Positions 24,922 through 37,505 of a stretch of DNA of 64,000 bases are shown piece after piece. A program made the position numbers and the translations under genes. The notes under the pieces were generated by a model. That model had not been told where the DNA came from. It did not search any database and saw only the letters and a list, made by a program, of their open reading frames with translations. Position 1 is the stretch's first letter. Each line of letters starts with the position of its first letter. The stretch spans positions 1 to 64,000 of the forward strand of contig JAAILG010001350.1 of the NCBI GenBank assembly GCA_012026655.1, read 5' to 3'. This stretch comes from Hydrolagus affinis. Taxonomy: Eukaryota.

Positions 24922-25079
24922 CATCTGCTGTAACAGGAGTCACTGGGATGTAATCAGTTGATTGTTGGCTGCTCAAAGATGATCTGGCACTGGAAAGGTC
25001 GATCTTTGTACTACGACAGGTATTGGAACACACTAGACTATGCTGGTAGAAATCCAGTTCTCCTGAATCCATGATTTTC
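24922..25079 (-). CDS. GMEB2: GMEB2 coding exon 5 (KIMDSGELDFYQHSLVCSNTCRSTKIDL...)
   Basis: ctaacag acceptor, ATG|GTAATA donor; 158 nt; H..CSNTC zinc-binding motif of the GMEB SAND domain. Confidence 0.95.
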
Positions 25080-25481
25080 CTGTTAGAACAGATAAAAGTT
25101 TATGTTGCATCAGAAAAGTACCCAGATACGCTACACGTACCATGCAGAATAGAGCACCATTATATGGAAGTACCTAATACACACACACACACACATTACA
25201 ATCAAGTTCTTTGGCAATTGTAAATCATGAACCGACTGAGCAGCTTGCGCTGGTCAAATTTATTGATACATCTGACAGCTAAAAGAAAAGTCCTCAGTTA
25301 TGAGTGCTGTATGATACAATGTACATGATACTAAAGTACAGTGTTCCAAATCCATGAGACATCCCATTGTCAATTGTCTTCATACAGTTTTCTGATGATC
25401 AAATGATTCCAACCCAAGCTGATCAGAACTACTTTTTTTGTTTGAACTCCAGCAAGATCTAGAAGGTATTGACTGTAATAA

Positions 25482-25625
25482 TATAATGATCGTTGTTTGA
25501 TATAGCACCTTATCATGTGGTTGAAAATTCTCAAAGCACTTCACAGAATAGATCGTATAATGGATTGACATGTTTTGTGGGCGAAACACACCAGCCAAGT
25601 GTACACACCAGGGTCCCACAAAGTA
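25482..25625 (-). mobile_element. SINE 3' fragment, diverged
   Basis: Reverse complement of the family tail (CTCAAAGCACTTCACAGAA, TGTGGGCGAAAC). Confidence 0.65.
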
Positions 25626-26705
25626 GGGTCATGAATTCAGTGAGGGCATTTTTGTTTTCACATGAGAGATTAATGGCCAGAGCTCTGGAATCAAACCTCA
25701 CGCTAATGCGTCACCTGGATCTGTAGTTTCAGTCATCACTGGGCAGAAAGCTGTACTCAGTTACCAACATGGCAGAATCAGATGCAAGTTGGCTGAAAGG
25801 TATTTTTGAAGCCTCGACACATTTAGCAACACATTCTAATGTTGTGGTTATGCATGTCAGTATTCATAGCAAATGGGTGACCTGTCAAGATTTATGTGAT
25901 AACTGCATGAGAGTTTATCTGTAACAACTAATCAGAAAGGGCAAGTGTGCAATCTTCTACCAATGCAACACAGACAGAATGCTGTATCCCCAGAAGTGCA
26001 CAAATAGCTGCCTACACACAGTGCCAAAGCCTGAGGCTGAGCTGCCAAAACGTCTACAAGGAAAGCTCCAAATGCTTTATTGGCTGAATGCCTGATACCT
26101 AATCTCTATCTAAAGGAACTGTTCAAAGCAGCAGCACAGATTCACAAAGTAATACCTGCCTAATTCCAATTTCTCATTTATAAATCAAACACGATAATAT
26201 CAGTGCTTGGACCATTTTGCATCATCTACACTGTGATGATGGCTAACAACAGTAAAAGGTGAATAATACCGTGCACATATGCCTTTAAATCTAGAGCACT
26301 CTTCCACAATGAAGGATAAGAAATCCCCCTATCTGAGAGCAGAAATTCTGTTTACCATGTGTAGAAGCAGTCATGCAGAGGCTTATATGTGAAGCCTCAC
26401 AGCTGGGATCCGGGGGGGGAAAAAAACACATCAATGACAAGTCCATCTCTGTTCAGCTGTCACTGACTTTTGTAGTGATTGGCATATTTCCATCTTTTGG
26501 AGGATGATCAAAAAATAATATTTCTGCTCATTAAAAGCTTCCTTATTCTCATTAGATTTGGGGAATTCACTCAAATAATTGACAGCAACATCTAACTACA
26601 GGCTGCAAAGTCTCAAAGGCCTCACAGAACCAAAAATGGCCACCAATATGAACTGGAATTTATATATTTTTATGAAAACAGATCTGTGGCCTGCATAACA
26701 CAAAC

Positions 26706-26809
26706 CTCAGCATGACTCCATTCAAACGGATTGCTCTCTTCCAGTCTTTCAGTGTAGATTTTCCAGCTAGATTCACAAACTCTTTGGGGCTTATAAGCTG
26801 ATAGTCAAA
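26706..26809 (-). CDS. GMEB2: GMEB2 coding exon 4: SAND KDWK motif (FDYQLISPKEFVNLAGKSTLKDWKRAIRLNGVMLR)
   Basis: cttctag acceptor, GAG|GTTTGT donor; 104 nt. Confidence 0.96.
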
Positions 26810-27432
26810 CTAGAAGTAAAATTAAAACAAATGTAGTTGTCAATGGTAGTCATCAAAAAAAAATCACAAGTTGTGATTTCCATTTTCAGTTTTATCCCTA
26901 AAGCAATATTGCAAGATTAGATGAAAAATTTAGAGCATTTTTCCTTGAAATGCACCGTCATATACTTTTGTTATCCATGATTTGTCATCATTGTAAAAGG
27001 AATATTATGCACATAATGTATTTTTGATTATCAGGATTTTTAATGGACAAATTCTGTTATCTAAATATTGTAGCGGGATGGGAAGAAAGATAATATGACT
27101 CATTTGTACGTGAGGAATATTTTGTACACTTTGGCTAGCTAAGAATTTGCATTTGAAATTAATTCAAAACAAAGTCAGCCTTGAGTCTTGGGTTGTTCCC
27201 AACTCCCACGTTGATTTTCATGCAAACCGAAGTTCTCCTCCAATAACAACAATTCAGAATTTGATCTTGTTCCATTTCAGTTGATGTTCTAAAACTTTAA
27301 AGAACCTCAATACCCTGGTTCATATTCATGTTATTCCAAGACCAGTAATGGATGACATTTCCCTTTACCCAATTACTCACTGGAATGAAATAAACAGTTC
27401 TGATAAGCAATTATACGGACCACACAACACAC

Positions 27433-27563
27433 CTGTACACATTTTACATTGATGCCAGGACAAACAAATTTCTTCCAAACAAGATTAGCTTTACTTTCTC
27501 CACAAGTTATGGGGTAGATCATTTCTGCCACCATGTTATCTTCATCATCACCGATCTTCACCT
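27433..27563 (-). CDS. GMEB2: GMEB2 coding exon 3 (...YPITCGESKANLVWKKFVCPGINVKCVQ)
   Basis: tttacag acceptor, CAG|GTGTGT donor; 131 nt; SAND domain N-terminal half. Confidence 0.95.
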
Positions 27564-27970
27564 CTGTAAAGAAAATACCAATTTTTTTAAAATCAGTTTC
27601 TAAAATTATAGAAGATTTTAGTCTTTGAAATTTCATTGTGCATCACTTCAGATCATGAATTCAGTCTTGCCTCCATTATGTTGGACTTCTGCTACAGTTT
27701 CAAGACTAACCAGGAGTAACACCAAAAAGTACATTTAGCTTAACATAAGGCACATATACATTAACTACATTTAACTCCATAATGCACAGGATCATCTAAC
27801 TGCAAGCTATAAACACAGAAAGAAGCTAATTATCTAGCTCAAAGTAAAATGTAAAGCAAGGGGTCAAATGAATCCCACCCATAAGAGCTTTCTCTTCTAA
27901 CAGGTTTCCCCACTCCTGATACTGAAGATGCCCAGTAATGCCTGCTGGAGATTAAATGCATCTTCCCTCC

Positions 27971-28266
27971 AGAAGTCCTGTAGCAAAGTGGTTAGAGCAC
28001 TCACCTTACAAGTGAGAAACCTAGATTCACTTCCAGGCAGGGCGAAACCTTGGGCTAGTTTCTTCCTTTCTGCACATGCCTGATAATAATCCCTCCAAAA
28101 AAAAATTTGTCATCTCAATCCACAGCTGTTTGTGGAACACTGCTGTGCGCAATTGGCTGCTGGGTTTCGCCCTCAAAATATACAGTCAACTCACTTTACT
28201 TGAAGTGCTTTGAGACGTCTAGAAGAAGTGAAACGCTATTTCAAATGCAAGCATTATTATTATTAC
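27971..28266 (+). mobile_element. Near full-length SINE, more diverged, in a GMEB2 intron
   Basis: Degenerate A/B boxes, shared body and (ATT)n tail. Confidence 0.85.
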
Positions 28267-28706
28267 TAAAAGATCAAGTAAAGCACTGTCAATAGATTAA
28301 CAGATTAGTTTTGATTAAACAATGAAACCAGAGCTTAAAGTAGGGTGTGTTTTTTTCTCTGCCTCAATATTCTTTCCACAATTCTTTGACTAATACAATC
28401 TAAGGTTTCACTTTATTAATAAGCTCAAAATGTCTTCCCAGTATCTACAAAATGGGTTTTTGGATTGCTTCCAGTTACAACTCGTGTTCAAGACTTTGAA
28501 GCTTCCATTCCCCCCCAAAATACTGCCTTATTTCTTTCAGTGCCACAACTTGTGACCATTATTATTATTATAATATTACTATAACTCTAATGTAGAATAG
28601 CAGAGCTGGACCATCAAGCCATATACAGTGGCTTATTGAGAACAAATTCTATTCCTGAATTCAACACAAAGAAATGTGACCACATGAATGTTGTTGTGGC
28701 CCTTAC

Positions 28707-28798
28707 CAATAATATCTCCTTTCTGGATCAATGTGGAAGAGGGTGTAAAGGTTCCAGGAGTATTGACAGAGTCCATACTGTCATCACTTAATCCTCCA
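28707..28798 (-). CDS. GMEB2: GMEB2 coding exon 2 (SGGLSDDSMDSVNTPGTFTPSSTLIQKGDII)
   Basis: taagcag acceptor, TTG|GTAAGG donor; 92 nt bridging phase 2 to phase 1 as required; weak similarity to the GGDLTEDNM segment. Confidence 0.8.
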
Positions 28799-30538
28799 CT
28801 GCTTAATCAATGAGAGAAAAAACTTGTAAGTTGAATGCCAATATCCATTTCAATATAATTATTATAACTATCAGAACTTGATATAACACAAACAGCATTT
28901 GCAGCTGTATGATATAATAGATATACGGCAGTACTTGGCTACAAAATGTCCCTTTATGTTAAATTGTCTTTACTAATAAGAGATTCATTGAAATTCAGTA
29001 TAGTTTGGTAGTTCTATCAATGTTATTTTCTCAGTTATTTCATTTAATTAATATATAATTAATATAAAGCTGAAAATTAAATGCATCCACATCACTGGAT
29101 TCAAGAGAACATTAATTGCCATACAATTATTACTGGTTACCTCTTGCTTCTTTCGTCCCATAGATTGACAGCATTGAGCAGCTGTATACTAGGTAATGTA
29201 TTCTGTTATTACTTGCTGCTAAAGACTAGATAAAATATATTGCTGATGAAGTAATTTAGGATGTTTTAATACAGGTATTCATTAATACATTTTTGCTGAA
29301 ATATAATTTGTACCATATTCTACTCTTAATTTCAGGAACCTATATATACACACCACAGTCAACACACTGATTTGCCACAATGCTGTAGTAAGCATAATTT
29401 AAGTAGCTTTCACACTTGAATAACACATGAACATTCCTTAGTTGGAAATTATCTATTAGTAATATCAAGATCATGACTGTTGATAGCACAATTTTACTTG
29501 TGGCTTGTCATGTGTACGATCACTTTAAATGCTCTCAATATTTGCTTGGCTCTATAATCAGAGTAGTGTGATTTTCCCTTTTCTCTTAAACTCTCCTGAG
29601 CATTATAAAAAAACCAGACTTCCTGTAAACTGTCAAACTGGTATCAGGTTTCAAAAAGATAAAAGAATCCTAAAAATGCACAACTCCATTCTCTGACGCA
29701 TCCGTTGTTTATTCGGTCTACAGGGAAGAAGAATGTCTAGAGTAATCATGTAGACCATGGAAGAGTTTCGAAGGAATTCCACTAAAATCCAAAATCAAAT
29801 GAGATTATTTTAAGAGCCCTCACATTAAGTGAATTTCAAAAGCTATTCAAAAAAGGGCTTCAATTCTTAAGGGATCTTTCAGTAACTTTATTAAAATTAT
29901 CAAGCTTAATAAAGAGAGTTCTTGTAACCTTGATGAGCTCCACTTGGTTCTGATAGTTTGTATAAAGTTTGCAAATGGTAGTTACAATTTGAATTTACTT
30001 TGGTGAATTGTTGATGAAACCAACTCTGAAATGAAACTATTTTTCTATTTTAGACATTATAATGTCAGGAATCAGATACCCATCAAGCACAATGTAAGGG
30101 CAAATTAAATCTCACATGAATTTAACTTCAAACAGATTTATATCCAGTAATTATTAGTGTACACTCCTGAAAGTTTATATCAGTTGTTTCAAATTCTTAA
30201 CATTTAAACTCATAGAAGATCAATTAAAGAGGAAGAAAGAGAATAAAGTATTTCGCCCTCCCCCCACCACCATCGCCAATATGTTTATCACCTTTACTAA
30301 TTGTTAACAATTTGAAGGAAGCTCATGTCTGCTATTTCTAGGTCCCCTTCCTTCCTCAACTGCTCCGATGCAACTAAGTTGATTGCCAGTTTGCCCACAG
30401 TTACTTGGATCAATCATCAGAATTCAGAAGCACATCACTTATGAGACAATACCATACAAAAAAATTACATTTATAGAGCGCCTTTCATGTCGGGAGGACG
30501 TCCCATGTTATACATGGTATTAGAGTACCACTCCCTAC

Positions 30539-30669
30539 CTAGGCTGTGTGGATTTGAAGTCTACCAAAACTGTCTTAACTTCTTCAATTGAGTTTCCATC
30601 TGATGCATTGTCAGGTGTTGTGACGACAACTACCTCCTCCACATGAACAGTGACGTCTGGTGTAGCCAT
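30539..30669 (-). CDS. GMEB2: GMEB2 first coding exon (MATPDVTVHVEEVVVVTTPD...)
   Basis: GCCATGG Kozak; N-terminus characteristic of GMEB2; acceptor ctttag before 30712; donor AG|GTAGGG. Confidence 0.95.
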
Positions 30670-32299
30670 GGCTATGGACTTCAAAGCAAGTTGATGTCAG
30701 TTGCTTTCCCAGCTAAAGATAAACATACATTTCAACATGGTAAAAGCACTAAACTTCCAAAATGTTCACAATTTCTTACATTTTGAAATGTCTGCATTCA
30801 GGTGAAACATAAAACCAGGCTATTCTTATTCTCCCCTGCTCGATTTGAGGGCCAATATTTTTTGCACATGCTGTATATAGAAATGAATATATTTCCTGTT
30901 CACTCTGCGCAAGTTTAAAATCAAGCTTGCAATTTTTTTTGTGTTAAAGACAGTAGTGAGACTGATGCAAACCACTGCAAACACAGAACTGGATTCTACT
31001 GAGCTGCACAAAATCTCATTATACTCGAGGCAGATTCCAATCATTTGAGAAAAAACTGCTCAACTGTTCTGCTGCAACATATTGAGTGAAAGGCCAGAGC
31101 CTCCGCTGAGCTTGGGTTTGCATCTAAACCACAGCACACAATAAAGCTGCCATTTTAAAATAACAAAATCAAACAGCGTTGAGACATACTTCTCGAGTCA
31201 ATTTATTTTGTCTTTGGGTGTGCACTCAGCCGGTACGGTTCATTTCTCTACAAGCCACGTCGAAGTCTTCCATGATTTCAGTGGTACTTGCTGATTCTGG
31301 CAAAGAAAAGCGTAACCCATTCAATTTAATCGTGACCCTCCAGGAGAGTTAACACACTTGATTCTATTTATTTCAGTGGATTTCCAACCTTACTATTTAT
31401 CTCAGGCAAGTAAGCCACCACTTCAATTTCAGAAGTTGGTGTAAACAATGATTATGATGTTATTATGAATTTATTTCCTCCCTATTGTAACCCAAGTAGT
31501 TTACTTGGCAGAATCATTCATCTATATAGAAAAAAAAAGTTTCTTACTTTTGTGCATTCGGAAGACTGTCCCCTGCATTTACACAAACCTCGGGACGTCC
31601 TCCCGACGTGAAAGGCGCTCTGTAATTCTGTTGTTCTATTGTGTTGTTATGTCAACGAATGCGCTTAAACATCTGTAAAATCTTACATCTCTTCCGATTG
31701 ATTTTGTGATGCTAATCAAGGGGGAATGTCCTCCAGGGAGGAAACGACTGGATTCCAAACTACTTTAAAGCGGAAAACAGCGTGAAGTTGCCTTTTGCAT
31801 ACATGCACTTGCTCGCAAAACAAATGGAGAAAAAAACCTTTCTGCCCCGGATCATACAACATTAAAATATGTCCCACTAAGGGAGTGTTTGGGGTGGGGG
31901 GGGTGTACAGTGTACACGTTTCTTCAAAGGGCGCTTGGTCACCATCACTGGACAAGTTTCCCAATGACCTAGTTCTACTAAAAACTAAAACAACCCTACC
32001 AGGGTGAGTGGGTAAAACGCTTCACAAGTGGGGCAAGGTGTGGGGGCTCTCAAGTGTGTTGTATGTGTGTGTGTTTGTGGGGGGGGGGGGGGGATAAGTT
32101 ATATGATTAAAAAAATTAAAAACGCTGGTGTTTCTTTCTACTAGAGAGGAAAGCAGATGTGAGTGAGACTGCAGTCTTTGTGTGTGTGGGGGAGGGAGGG
32201 AGGGAGGGGGGGTAGAGAGAGAGAGAGAAGGGGGGGGGGGAAGAGAGAAAAGACTTCTTCCCACCCAGTTCAGTCCAAGTTCCTCCCTCGGGTCTCAAG

Positions 32300-32399
32300 N
32301 NNNNNNNNNNNNNNNNNNNNNNNNNNNNNNNNNNNNNNNNNNNNNNNNNNNNNNNNNNNNNNNNNNNNNNNNNNNNNNNNNNNNNNNNNNNNNNNNNNN
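32300..32399. other. Assembly gap (100 N)
   Basis: Run of N between low-complexity G-rich and C-rich sequence; true size unknown. Confidence 1.
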
Positions 32400-33370
32400 C
32401 CCCCCACACACTCTATTCCACCGAGTTTTTTTTCCTTAAAAAAAGCATAAGCCGGGGTGTGCTTTCGTGCGAGTGCAATCGTTCAAAGTCAGTTGAGACG
32501 AGTTCTTTCAAAACCCGCCATTGGCCTCATCTCCGCCCTTCCCCGCCGCCCCCCACCACACAAACACACACACACAAGCTCCTTCTCAACCTAACTTGAG
32601 GAAAGGGCGGGACAGTGTGCACCCCCCCCCCCCTCCAACTGATTGACGCGACCGGCAGCCAATGTGAAAGCGGACTGACGGCCAGTCCACCAACCAAAAG
32701 CACCGAGCGGGTGCTCGCATCCTATCACGTTCGGTTGAGCCGGCGAGGGTGGTCAACTCGACCCAACCCGACGCGACGCACCGCAACTCAACCCAGCGAT
32801 CGGCCGCCGCCGCGACGCCACGCAGTAGCGCAGCGCAAACTGACGCCGCCGCCGCCGCCCTCCTCCTCCTTCCGTGCCGCCGCCGTCTTCCGTCCGTCCA
32901 AGTGTTGCACGGCGGCGTCCTGACGTCCCGCAGGCACAGCCGCCTGCCCTCCCTCTCCCTCCCTCGCTGCCTCTTCCTCTCGGGCGGGCGCGCGGACGGC
33001 TGCAACGGCCGACGTCGAACCGATCTCGAAAGCCGCGGGCAACCGACGGCCTCCTCCTCCTCCTTCACCACAACCACCACCTCCTCCTTCACCGCGCTTT
33101 CCCTTACCTGTGTCCTTGTGTGGAAGCCAAACCCAATTCTCTTTATCTCTTTCCCCCTATCCCTGTCCCTCCCTGCCCACAACCCCTCCCCCCTCCTCAC
33201 CGACCATCAACCGGGTCAACGGGCGGCGACGTAAACTGTTCGTACAGGCGCGCGGGGCAGCGCAGCGTGCGTCAGCCTGTCTGGTGACGTACGTGAGCGA
33301 GTGCGTACGTGCCTTACGTCGGTAGGTGCGTCCGATGTGCGCAACTTGCCGACGTGATTGCGTCACTGGC
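32400..33370. promoter_or_regulatory. CpG island / GMEB2 promoter and non-coding first exon (candidate donor CAG|GTAAGG after 33108, minus strand)
   Basis: Very high GC and CpG density, (GCC)n, GC boxes (GGGCGG), CCAAT; 2-3 kb upstream of the GMEB2 ATG exon. Confidence 0.85.
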
Positions 33371-33507
33371 ATGTTGGCATCAATCAGACCTTTTGAGAAA
33401 CCTTTAGAAGATGTGAGCTGGGCTCCCTCACGTGTGTAAGGATTCTTATTATAATAATCATAAATTTAGGGTGAATACGGTATTTTCAACAATGATAACT
33501 TGCATGT

Positions 33508-33851
33508 GGAGCTCCTGCGGCTCAGTGGTTAGAGCACTTGTCTCGCAAGCTGGGGGAGACCTGTGTTCGAATCCAGGGAAAGTCAGGGCGAAACCTTGGG
33601 CGAGTTTCCTTACTCCACACGCCTATTATTAATAATAATCCATCCGAAAAAAAACCAAACAATAAAATTGGTCATTTTCAATCCACGGCTGTTTGTGGGG
33701 GACGTTGCTGTGCGCAATCGGCTGCCGCGATTCGCCCACAAATATATACAGTCAATTCACTTTACAGTCTATTCTGTGAAGCGCTTTGGGACGTCGATAA
33801 GATGTGAAAAGCGCTATATCAAATGCAAGGATAATTATTATTATTATTATT
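33508..33851 (+). mobile_element. Full-length tRNA-derived SINE next to the CpG island
   Basis: Same head, body and tail as 10185-10510; CpGs well preserved. Confidence 0.9.
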
Positions 33852-33912
33852 TATACAGCGCCCTTGACGTATGGCTTATGTCCCAGAGCACTTCACATTA
33901 ATTTTTCATTTA

Positions 33913-34052
33913 TTAATAATGATAATAATCCATGCATTTGATATAGCGCTTTTCACGTCTCCTAGACGTCTCAAAGCGCTTCACAGAATATTCTGTAAAG
34001 CAAATTGACTGCATGCTTGTGTGTGAAATGCGGCAGCCAATCGCGGACAGCA
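33913..34052 (-). mobile_element. SINE 3' part, tail-to-tail with the copy at 33508
   Basis: TGCATTTGATATAGCGCTTTTCACGTC...GCGGCAGCCAATCGCG. Confidence 0.8.
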
Positions 34053-34582
34053 GTGAAGCTGGGTTTCTGGTTGATTGATTGATTGGAGTCCAAAGTTCAG
34101 GAATATTGAATTCTTAATCCTGTTAATTGCTTGAAATGACCGAAGTGACAAGTGAAGTTTAAGATCCACGTTAAATTGTAGGATGTGGATGAATTGATTG
34201 CTGTTTTATGTCACAGAAACGGCAGCGGTTTCTGTGTTAGTGAACTTCACTAAGATCTAAAGTTCATTGGGATGGTGCCAAGAGATTAAAGGGATAAATG
34301 ATGAAGAACAGGGTCAGTAAAAATTGTAGCCAAGCATAAATAATCCTGGCTAGGGTGGAGAATATTTTAGGGGGTTTTGGTGTAGAAAGACACAAATTGT
34401 AAGTTTTTATTTGTTACAGACAGGATTGATGGGAGAACAGCACTGAAAAGTAGATTGAGAAACAAGAAATGCTGGACTGAAACACAGGAATTGACCAATA
34501 GAGATACCTGAACCATTTGATATAAGCAGCCGAAAATTGGGGATATATTTCACTCTTATTTTACACTGGAATAGCACAACTT

Positions 34583-34712
34583 GGGACACTGCTGTGCGCA
34601 ATTGGGTGCTGTGTTTCGCCCACATAGATACAGTCAATTCACTTTAAGGTATATTCTGTGAAGGGCTTCAAATGGAAGGATTATTATATCAAATGTATGG
34701 ATTATTATTATT
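34583..34712 (+). mobile_element. SINE 3' part
   Basis: GGGACACTGCTGTGCGCAATTGG...CAGTCAATTCACTTT...(ATT)n. Confidence 0.75.
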
Positions 34713-36698
34713 GTTATACATCTTGACTATTTTAAAAACAGAATTGGAGACAAAATGTCTGAAATATTATACTCTCTCCCATCCTCAAGAAGCCAAGTAC
34801 CACAACAGATTGCATTTATTTAGAGCCTTTCACATAGAATAAAATAAGCACATATCATTTACATTTTTACCCATCGCGTAGAAAAAAAACAGCACACATA
34901 TGCCCTAGTTAGTTTCTGATTATTCCAGATTTTGTTTTCACAGTTTATTCGAGCTATTATTATACTTAACAGTATGACAGATCTTAGCTTACTGGGGAGT
35001 GTTTAATCACCTCATAATGAATTATGCTTCAGTGAGAGCTGGAAAGGCTCGCTATCAAAATGCTATTGACTGGGTGTACAAGTGTCTGCAATTTTGTCCG
35101 ATAAGAGCAGCACTATCTCATTGAAACAAATTCAATTCATTCAAGTGTTAGCTTTATAGAAGCAAAATATATTTGAATTGCATATAGCTTGATGACAGAA
35201 GCAGTTGAATACGTTTCATATATTGTATTTTTGTTCTGCAGTGCCAACAGTGGAACAGTCAAATTCAATATTGGAGCTATTATATTAGCATTTCCCAATA
35301 CTAGAAGCTCAACAGTAAATAATGTATATCCAATTCATACTGCCTTTTAAAGCAGCTAAAGCTAGCACCAAACTGGTATCAAAGCTGTTACTCTGAATGC
35401 GCTGTGTTTGAAAAGGTTTCCATCTCATAGTTTTCCCCATGTTTTTGTTTCTGTGTTTATGCCAATCCATAAGATTGTTACGATTCAATAAAGTTTCTTA
35501 CATAGATGGTGGAAAGACAGGGATTTGTACACTCACCATAATAAGATGTAAATTTCTCTTTTCCCAGTGACCCTTTTATATAGAACATGAGAAATGCTAG
35601 AGAAAAGACCAAGGTTCATCTAGTGCACCTATCACCTTCCTGACGGTCGCATGCATATACTGTATGTCCCAAACTACCCATTAACTCTATCCCATAATGT
35701 TATTTCAAGTGTTTCATTTGATGTGTTGAAGGGTATAATTTGTGTGGAGGAAATATAGTCTTTTAACTGTTGAGCACAATGGAACCATTTTTTTGTCGGC
35801 ACCTTTCCACCCAAGCCTATCACACGTTTGTCACATTTTCCTCTCTCCATAGATGCTGCCTGACCCCCTGCGTGCTGCCCAGCAACTTCTGTCTTTAATT
35901 TCACAAGTTTGTCGCCTGTCTTCGCGTCCACTTTGTGAACCGTAATTGAAACGTGTGACTTGCCGGAGGACTTTCCCCAAATCCTTGTCAGGAAAGAGAT
36001 GCGCTTTCTCACCGAAAATATCCCTGGAATACAAACAAGCAGTTTGTTTAGATTCCAAGAATGAAACACAATTGGCCTTTCTAGTATAGCCAGAAACTGA
36101 ATGCTGATAAATACAGAAAAATCATCTTTCAAATCTTCCCATGCAATAGAGCTTAATGTATTCACCACACCAGTGTTTGTTCTTACTTCATTCAGACTGT
36201 GTTGCTAATTGCTAAATTGCAAAACCAACGCCTTTCGTGTTAATCTGCTGTGAGGGCCATGTGGAGCCAAATGGAAACTTTGTGGACTGATTTAAGGTTT
36301 CCGAATAGGTTAATTGTCTCAGGGTAGCTCTTTCTCTTGTAACATTTCAATTTAACAATCTCATTAAACATGGATTTCAGGATCCATGCGATCTCCTTGC
36401 GTTGAGCCACCAATCTGGGAATCTTTATCCAACTTGAAAGCCGTATCAGCTCATGAAAACGGGAAGTCGTGACTGTAAAATTGAAAAAAAGTAATCCAAC
36501 CTTTGAAGCCTTTGAAATCTCATTAATGGTGAACAGTTGCGCGCAGACTATTAAATTCTTGTGTTCCGAAATCATTGCACAATGCAGCACAGTCACACCA
36601 TATCCACATCAGCACAGTTAGGTACAATTTTGTACTCTGTACAGTTCAATAAATTATGTGTTCTGTTTGGAGGAGGGAGTTCCTGTCACTCAGCACAC

Positions 36699-36757
36699 AA
36701 ATGCTAAACTATTTGCTAAACTAAATGCTAATAACAAATGCTAAACTAAATGCTAAT
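36699..36757. repeat. Short tandem repeat of AAATGCTAAACT-like units merging into a SINE tail
   Basis: About five TGCTAA units in a row. Confidence 0.8.
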
Positions 36758-36852
36758 AATAATAATCCTTGCATTTGAAGTAGAGCTTTTTGCGTCTTCT
36801 AGACGTCTCAAAGCGCTTCACAGAATATATTGTATAGTAAAGTGAATTGACT
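36754..36852 (-). mobile_element. SINE 3' tail fragment
   Basis: (AAT)nCCTTGCATTTG...CTCAAAGCGCTTCACAGAAT...GTGAATTGAC. Confidence 0.8.
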
Positions 36853-37105
36853 TCTTTCTTTGTATAATAATGGCAGTTTTATTAGAAACACAGAACCAAT
36901 CGATTTGGGGAACTGCTGGAACTTCTCAAAAGTAGTTGTTTGACCACCTACCTGTCAGACATCAAGTCGTAGATGAGTCTTAGTTTCTTCAGCTAAATAT
37001 GGACACAGTGGGAGCCATCCTTCCTGCCAATGTCTCCCCCTTCCTCTGGCTCCAATGTCCTCAACCTTTATGGAATCTCTCTCCAACTACCTGAATCAGT
37101 AGGCA

Positions 37106-37162
37106 TCATTCATTCGTTCGTTCATTCATTCATTCATTCATTCATTCATTCATTCATTCATT
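37106..37162. repeat. (TCAT)n microsatellite
   Basis: Direct reading. Confidence 0.95.
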
Positions 37163-37164
37163 TT

Positions 37165-37505
37165 CTCAGACTAGTTATCTCAAATGCCCTCCTTACCAGC
37201 TTCTGCGAAGGCTACACCAGCTGCAAGTTCCAGCTCATCCAAAACTGTGTTGCCCACAACCTTGTCCCGAAAAAAACTTTGTGCATTAACGGCCTCCAAC
37301 CTCAACAGGCTCCACTGACTTCAAGATCCTCACCCTTCAGCTACAAATCTCTTCACGCCCTTGCACCTCTCTACTGCTGTGACCCTCTCAAACATTACTC
37401 TTCTGTTTGGCCAGTCCACTTGGCAAACTCAGGTCTGTTGCACCTAAGCAACTCCAGGACTCTGCTCCTCGTGGAGGGGGCTATATAATTGCAAGTTGTT
37501 GTTGT
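37165..37505 (+). mobile_element. Degenerate L2-type LINE fragment
   Basis: KFQLIQNCVA...YKSLHALAPLY..DPL remnant, typical of the L2 RT C-terminus; ends in (GTT)n. Confidence 0.65.

Noticed and set aside
32586-33372. Several overlapping 70-200 aa Arg/Ala/Pro-rich ORFs
   Set aside because: Expected from stop-codon scarcity in a CpG island; low complexity.
35674-36596. Two minus-strand ORFs (164 and 118 aa) between STMN3 and GMEB2
   Set aside because: Non-ATG starts, no recognisable motif or coherent splice structure, and one overlaps a repeat-like segment (GATGCTGCCTGACC). A tblastx search would settle it.
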